From positions 248,744,001-248,808,000 of the forward strand of contig OZ024743.1 in the NCBI GenBank assembly GCA_964016885.1: 64,000 nt of DNA, given 5' to 3'. Under the pieces are notes generated by a model. The model worked only from the letters and a program-made list of their open reading frames with translations, did not search any database and had not been told where the DNA came from. Positions 57,335 to 64,000 of the stretch are shown here, one piece after another; the first letter of the stretch is position 1, and every line of letters starts with the position of its first letter. Origin of the DNA: Eledone cirrhosa (lineage: Eukaryota). Made by a program: the position numbers and the translations under genes.

Positions 57335-57936
57335 GTGGTAGAAAAGCCAAGAACTACCATCAAATCCCTGATCAGCAAAACATACCCCTTTAAGAAAACC
57401 CACTGTACTAATAAGAAATGTGTTAAATGTAGAATAAATCCACAAATAAATTGTAAAACTAGAAATGTAGTCTACAGCATAAGATGTACAGAGGGTACTT
57501 GCAGAAACATGACAACGACATACATAGGAGAGACAGCTCGAAGCATCGGGGAGAGAATAGACCAACACTGGGGTGAACTAAAAGGACAAAAAGACAGTTT
57601 GGTACTATATTAACAGGCCAGATAAAGACATGATGGTAATATAGACAACATAGAAATTAAGACAATATCTAAACATAGAAATGACTGAACAGGTAGATAA
57701 ATCAGAGAAGCAAATGAAATAGAACTAAGAAAACCGAAGTTGAACAGAAAAAAAATGAATGGAATAACAACAACAACCAAACACAAACGCACACTACTGA
57801 CCTAAGATAAATATAAATAAATTAATATACACAGGTACAATAACAACAACAACACATAAACACACACTAATGAACAGACACAAACACACACCAAACAAAA
57901 CACACACACAAATACATACACAAACAGAGACAAAAA

Positions 57937-57967
<31 letters not shown>

Positions 57968-58063
57968 AAATAAAAATGGAGTAGACATTACAATACAACG
58001 GGAGGAAACATAATAGTACCACTGATGATGTCACAGCTGTGTGATGAAAGAACTTTGATAGAC

Positions 58064-58094
<31 letters not shown>

Positions 58095-58363
58095 CAAATA
58101 AAAGGCAGAGTTAATAACTCATATTGGTACCCTGTAATTTATATCTATATTTTTAACCGTTATGATAAACAATGATAAATGTTGATTGCGAGCTTAATTA
58201 ATTATAGGGATATAAAATATACAGAAGCAAAAACCAATCCAAACCAAACAGTGAGTGTGTTTTATTATTATTTCTGGCAATATTATAACAATATGACCCT
58301 CCCCAAATATAACAATATTTGCTTCAACACACGATTCCATATCAAAAACCTTTCAAAACAAAT

Positions 58364-58365
<2 letters not shown>
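57335..58365 (+). mobile_element. PLE second family: GIY-YIG fragment and pLTR (hammerhead-like motif at 58018-58060)
   Basis: NCKTRNVVYSIRCTEGTC..YIGETARSIGER; homologous to 12666-13110. Confidence 0.92.
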
Positions 58366-58401
<36 letters not shown>

Positions 58402-58405
<4 letters not shown>

Positions 58406-58810
58406 CACATAAGAAACGGAGAATCAGTGGTGCGACAAATAAGATTTATTAGACATATTACAATCGTTTCTCTGGTGACCAGTTCAAGGCACGATCAATG
58501 CAGTGATCAAACCTCACTCTGAAATCGCAAGATCCTTGGATGTCTCGATTCTACGAAGCAGAGTTTCCAAACTTCGTAGAATCGAGACATATCCGAGGAT
58601 CTTGCGATTTCAGAGTCAGGTTTGATCATACATCGATTGTGCCTCGCGCTGGTCGCCAGAGAAACGATTGTAATATGTCTAATAAATCTTATTCGTCGCA
58701 CCACTGATTCTCTGTTTCTTATGTGATATTATACTCTGCTCTGTAAGAGTATCGAGTGCTCAAACGGCATACTTCTTATGGACACTTTAAGCATCCCACA
58801 CCAATTATAT
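58402..58810 (+). mobile_element. Fold-back element: 328-bp palindrome (58402-58729) plus a GAGTGCTC block
   Basis: ~157-bp inverted arms; TA-flanked. Confidence 0.85.
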
Positions 58811-58849
58811 ATATAGAGATTTTATCCTCATCAGGGGGCGTGATAGATG

Positions 58850-61715
58850 GATGGTTGTAAACACAAAAGCCTTCCCTGGTGAGGAATGTACCTCCCAACA
58901 TAACTTAGTTGTCAGCGACCTCACTGTCAAAACCAGATGAACTTGGAAACAGAAGGCAACCTGGAGAAGAAAGATCTAGAAGCTGAAAGACCCCTCAGTC
59001 AGTAACAGGTTTAAAGATATTCTACTCGACGCCTATGACAGTAAAGAAGAACAGATAGAGACATTCAATGTAGAAGAACACTGGGAGTTCATAAAAATAA
59101 CTTACTAAAGGCGACGGACGAGATCTGTGGTCGGAGCAAGTCCACAGGGAGGAGGAAAGTGACTTGGTGGTGGAACAATAAGGTAGATGAGGCAGTTAAG
59201 GCTAAGAGACAGGCATTGAAAGAATGGAAGAACGGAGGTAGCAGGGTACATTACATAGAGACCTGGAGGGAAGCTAGGTGACAAGTATACTTGGCTAGGA
59301 GGGAAGCAGAGGATAGAAAATTCAAGCATGTTTTGCAACATGAAGACCAGAAGCAGAAGGTGTTCAAGATTACGAGGCAGTGTGTCAGAGAGAATTGTGA
59401 TGTCATTGGAGAGAAGTGTATCTGGAATGATAATGGTGAGCTTGCCCTCACAAGTGCTGAGAAGAAAGCTGCGTGGAAGAGCCATTATGAAAGATTACTA
59501 AACGAGGAGAATGCATGGGAAAAAGAGACCCTACCCCAAGCGGACACTATAGAGGGGCCAGCAGTACAAGTCAGCAGCAGCGTAGTAAGGCAATCAAAGA
59601 TACGAAGACAGGGAAGGCAACCGGTCCATCGAGTATAGCTGCCAAGATGCTGAAGGCATCTGGGTCAGTAGGTCACCACATAACCGCACAAATTGTTAAC
59701 CAGGTAATACTAGAGGGTATCATACCAAAGGAGTGGTGCAGTAACATCATTGTCAACTGCTACAAAGGTAAAGGTGATGCACTAGGTAGAGGAAACTATA
59801 GAGGCATAAAGATGATGGACCAGGTCATGAAAGTAAAGGAAAGAGTTATAGCACAGTTGATTAGGGACCGGGTGAAACTAGATGAGATGCAATTTGGGTT
59901 TGTACCAGGAAAAGGCACCACTGGTGCCCTCTTCCTTGTGAGGCAGTTACAGGAAAAGTACCTAGCTAAAAGTAAGCCGCTCTACCTGGCATTCGTCGAT
60001 CTGGAAAAAGCCTTCAACAGAGTCCCCCGTGCTATAATCTGGTGGGCTCTTAGAAAATTAGGAGTAGATGAATGGCTTGTGAAAGCTGTACAAGCCATGT
60101 ATAGGGGAGCAGTCAGCAAAGTTAGGATTAGCAATGACTATAGCGAGGAATTTAGAATACAGGTCGGTGTCCACCAGGGCTCTGTTCTTAGCCCTCTCCT
60201 GTTCATTATAGTTTTGCAGGGAATAACGGAGGAGTTTAAGACCGGATGCTCGTGGGAACGCCTGTATGCAGATGATCTCGCACTTACAGCTGAATCCATG
60301 GTGGAAGAGACTAGAAAGAAAGGGTCTCAAAGTCAACCTGACAAAGACTAAGGTCCTTGTAAGTAGATGAGAAAACAAAACCCAGATTCCCTCAGGAAAA
60401 TGGCCTTGCTCAGTATGTAGCAAAGGTGTAGGTGGGAACTCCATCCTCTGCCCCAAATGCAAACAATGGGTACACAAGAGATGTAGTGGGATCTCAGGAA
60501 GTTTAACTAAGAATGTAGGCTTCACATGTAGCAGCTGTGCTGGGACAGCAAGTAGCAAACAGCCACAGGAAACAAGTACCACCAAACTCTGGGAGGGCTC
60601 TGTAGAAACAGTAGACAACTTCTGCTACCTAGGTGACCGAATTAGCAGTGGAGGTGGGTGTTCAGAAAGGACAATAACTAGGGTAAGAACGGGATGGAAG
60701 AAGTTCAGGGAACTACTGCCACTGCTAGCTGCAAAAGGCTTTTCCCTCAAAATGAAAGGCAGACTGTATGATGCATGTATACGAACAGCAATGTTACATG
60801 GAAGTGAAACCTGGGCGCTGTCTGTAGAAGACTTGTGCAGATTAGAAAGAAACGAAGCTCCGATGGATGTGTAATAGTAATATACGCGAACGGCAAAGTA
60901 TAAACGAATTGAGAGAGAGACTGAGCATAAGAGGAATCAAATGCTGTGTGCAGGAGAGGAGGTTACGTTGGTATGGACATGTGATGCTTATGAAGGATGA
61001 CAGCTGCATAAAAAGGTGCAGAGCACTAGAAGACGATGGAAGCCGCGGAGTGGGGAAACCCAAGAAGACCTGGGATGAAGTGATAAAGGCCGGCCATACC
61101 CAATTGCACCTCTCAAGGGCTATGACACACAATCGGGACCTCTGGCGTCTCACAGTAATACAGAAGACCCGACCCCTAACGGGTAAAAGCCGAAGCTGAA
61201 GCATATAGACAATATGCACCCCACCACCCCACCCCACTGCAAAGTGGTCGTGGAGGTGCCACGGCACATGGCTTAGTGGTTAGAGCATTGGGCTTGCAAT
61301 CGAAAGTTTGTGAGTTCAATTCTCAGGCCGGGTGATGTGTTGTTTCTTTGAGCAAGACACTTTATTTCACATTGCTCCAGTTTACTCAGCTGTAGAAATG
61401 AGATGATAGGACTGGGGTCCCTATCATTCCACTGCAAAGTGGTCGTGGAGGTGCCACGGCAAAAAAGCACCCAGCACTCACTGTAAAGTGGACGTGTAGG
61501 CGCCACGGAAAAAAAGTACCCAGCACTCACTGTAAATGAGGTTGGTGTTAGGAAGGGCATCTAGCTGTAGAAATCAAGCCAGAATCAGTTCCCGTATGAG
61601 CAAAATAAGGTCAGCCGACCGGACACTGCCCACAACAGGACAACCCTTCTAACCCATGCTAGCGTGGAAGAACGGACGTAAAACGGTTTTGATGATGATG
61701 ATGATGATGATGATA
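58850..61715 (+). mobile_element. RTE subfamily B, degenerate, with a SINE head fused into its 3' UTR
   Basis: ORFs at 59291-61199 and a (GAT)n tail; SINE segment at 61263-61428. Confidence 0.95.
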
Positions 61716-62465
61716 TATATATATATATATCAGACTAACCAGGCATCAATTAGGAAAATGTTAGTAGTAACAGTATTGCCATAAATTTGTTATTGATGTT
61801 GTTGCAGCCATTAGTGTTAAATACTTAATAAATATTTTGTTCTTTTGTAGAATTTATACGCACACATACACACATACACACATACACGCACACACATACA
61901 CACACACACAGACACACGCACGCACATGCACACATGTATATATATATATATGAAATATCATTTTAATTAATGCATATTGTTTGGCTGATAACTTAGTAAT
62001 CCTGAACCCATGTCTGTAACAACACCAACAACAGTTAGTTGTGGTAACAAACTAAAATACGAACGTCTAATCTGCCACAATTGAGTGTTGTAAGTGCAAT
62101 CAGATATGATTCCATGTACAACCCACACTTTTCTCATCTAATCATCTAATTATTATAGAAATAAAGTTACTAATGTAATATAAGCAAATAATATCTTATC
62201 TTCCCTGCAGTGGGATTTTAACAAGCATCCATTCTGTTTTATATTGAAACACTTTTCTTGAGATGCCTTTAATATATATATAAAATATATATACATATAT
62301 ATATAAATATATATATAATAAGGGTTGACGGACCCAGCATATTTATCAATGCCAGTACCGGTTGTATCTCAGCATACTCAATGGGCAATGTAAGATACAT
62401 TACCAGAGTATACACATACTTATTAGCCTCAACACAACACACGTAAAATGGATGCCTATAAGGTT

Positions 62466-62575
62466 CCTGGATTCGAGTTTCTGCAGCACTAATGCAGCAG
62501 TAAGGTGCACTGCACCATCTGTCTGCATATATTATGCAACAATGCACAATCGGCTTATGCGGCTTCATCAGCGGG
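62466..62575 (-). ncRNA. Type I hammerhead-like motif with a long stem II
   Basis: CCCG-CTGATGA-A-GCCGCATAAG...CTTA-C-TGCTGC..A-GAAAC-TCGA-ATC-CAGG. Confidence 0.6.
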
Positions 62576-62621
62576 TATCACTTAATCAATAACCAATCGA
62601 TCGACATATATATATATATAG

Positions 62622-62962
62622 AGGCACATGGCTTAGTGGTTACAACATAGGCCTTGCAATCGAAAGGTTGTGAGTTCAATTCTCAGACCGGGTGATGTGT
62701 TGTTTCCTTGAGCAAGACACTTTATTTCACATTGCTCCAGTTTACTCAGCTGTAGAAATGAGATGATAGGGGCTGGGGTCCATATCATTCCACTGTAAAG
62801 TGGTCGTGGAGGTGCCACGGCAAAAAAGCAACCCAACACTCACTGTAAAATGAGGTTGGTGTTAGGAAGGGCATCCAGCTGTAGAAATCAAGCCAGAATC
62901 AGTTCCCGTCCCACCCTTGCAAGCAGGGAAAAGTGGACGTAAAATGAAATGATGAATGATGA
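62622..62962 (+). mobile_element. Complete tRNA-derived CORE-like SINE with an RTE-B tail
   Basis: A box TGGCTTAGTGG, B box AGTTCAATTCT, CORE-like ccttgagcaagacacttt, RTE 3' UTR and (GAT) tail. Confidence 0.9.
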
Positions 62963-64000
62963 TATATATATATATTTAATATAGAAATGGCTTCTACAGG
63001 ACTAGAACTGTTTCATTCGAAGGAAATCATCATTTATACTCTGCTATTACACAGTAAGTAAAGTTACTTACTGTGTTTACCCCTGATTGAACCCGGGATA
63101 CACACACACGCACACATATATATATATATAGAGAGAGAGAGGGAGAAAGAAAGAGTCAGATAGACAGAATAGATACATAGATAAACTCTCAAACAAACAT
63201 ATATGTATACATATATATACTAATGGTTGTAGGGGCTTGTACCAATGTAATTAGATTAAATTCATGCCATGTTTTCATGCAGACATCCCAGTGGATTTTA
63301 GTGAACACCACAGGATATGAAGAAGCAGTAACACTAGGAATAGGATTGGAGATGCTGAATAAATAAATGACTAGTCATGTGATGTTTGACGTCAGCCGGA
63401 TGTTGTGACTCAACGGAATGCTTTTGGTTTTTCAGTAAAAATGACTGCATATAATGTCAAGTGAAGAATTTGCTTTTACCTTCTCTTTAGTGTAAGTGTT
63501 TAGTTAGTGGTAGTACTTTATGTAGAAAAAAACATGTATCTCTTTACTCCATTCCTATAGGGTGTTACTAGATTCAAGATTTACCATGAAACCTTGTAAA
63601 TCCTAGAGTTGAATTTGTCTGGCAAGTGACTTGGTCTGAGACCATATTGAAACTAAAGCAATGACAGTGTGGAAGGATCATTTTAACCATTAAAAAATAC
63701 ACAAAAATTGGTGATACCAGGAAATAAATAATATATGTAAAGTGAAGTTAACAGTTTCTGTGTATTTTTTACTGACTCTTTCATGATGTAATTGCTGGAG
63801 CAAATCTAACTTATTTACCTTTTTGCAGGATGCAGCAAGATTGAATGGTTTTAAAAAAATTGCTTCACAATCTTACGATTCTACTGCAAGACATCTTGGA
63901 CAAATGTCATTTACCATAGCCATGGGTCAATTATGAGTGAAATTGGATAAACAGAAACTGTTTGGAAACCCATCAGATGGACTGTACTTCTGTCGCACTG

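Noticed and set aside
61263-61335. tRNA gene (also at 62622-62695)
   Set aside because: These are SINE heads followed by a CORE-like block and a LINE tail, with no complete cloverleaf.
62995-63035. Hammerhead-like ATGATGA..GAAAC on the minus strand
   Set aside because: The core C is mutated and stem II is weak; at most a decayed remnant.

Overview
This is repeat-saturated eukaryotic DNA with no recognisable host gene. The SINE sequences, (TA)n abundance and RTE families point to a cephalopod (Octopus-like) genome; that attribution is recognition, not a database match. Retroelements: many RTE-clade LINE copies in two subfamilies, both carrying a PHD-type C4HC3 finger inside the RT; a BovB-like RTE with three C-terminal C2H2 fingers; three Penelope-like element (PLE) families with hammerhead-ribozyme motifs; CRE, L1/Tx1 and Jockey/CR1-like remnants; tRNA-derived SINEs. 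DNA elements: a DD37D-type Tc1/mariner, piggyBac- and hAT-like MITEs, a non-autonomous Helitron and a family of TA-embedded fold-back elements. Most notable: (1) a 4.9-kb, 44-bp satellite that amplified in place out of the endonuclease active-site codons of a CRE retrotransposon, plus two more minisatellites born inside RTE 3' UTRs; (2) a complete type I hammerhead at 10140-10220 and a related one with a long stem II at 62466-62575; (3) a microhomology-joined inverted duplication; (4) a LINE-SINE-LINE chimera. All analysis was by eye, so boundaries are approximate unless motifs are quoted.
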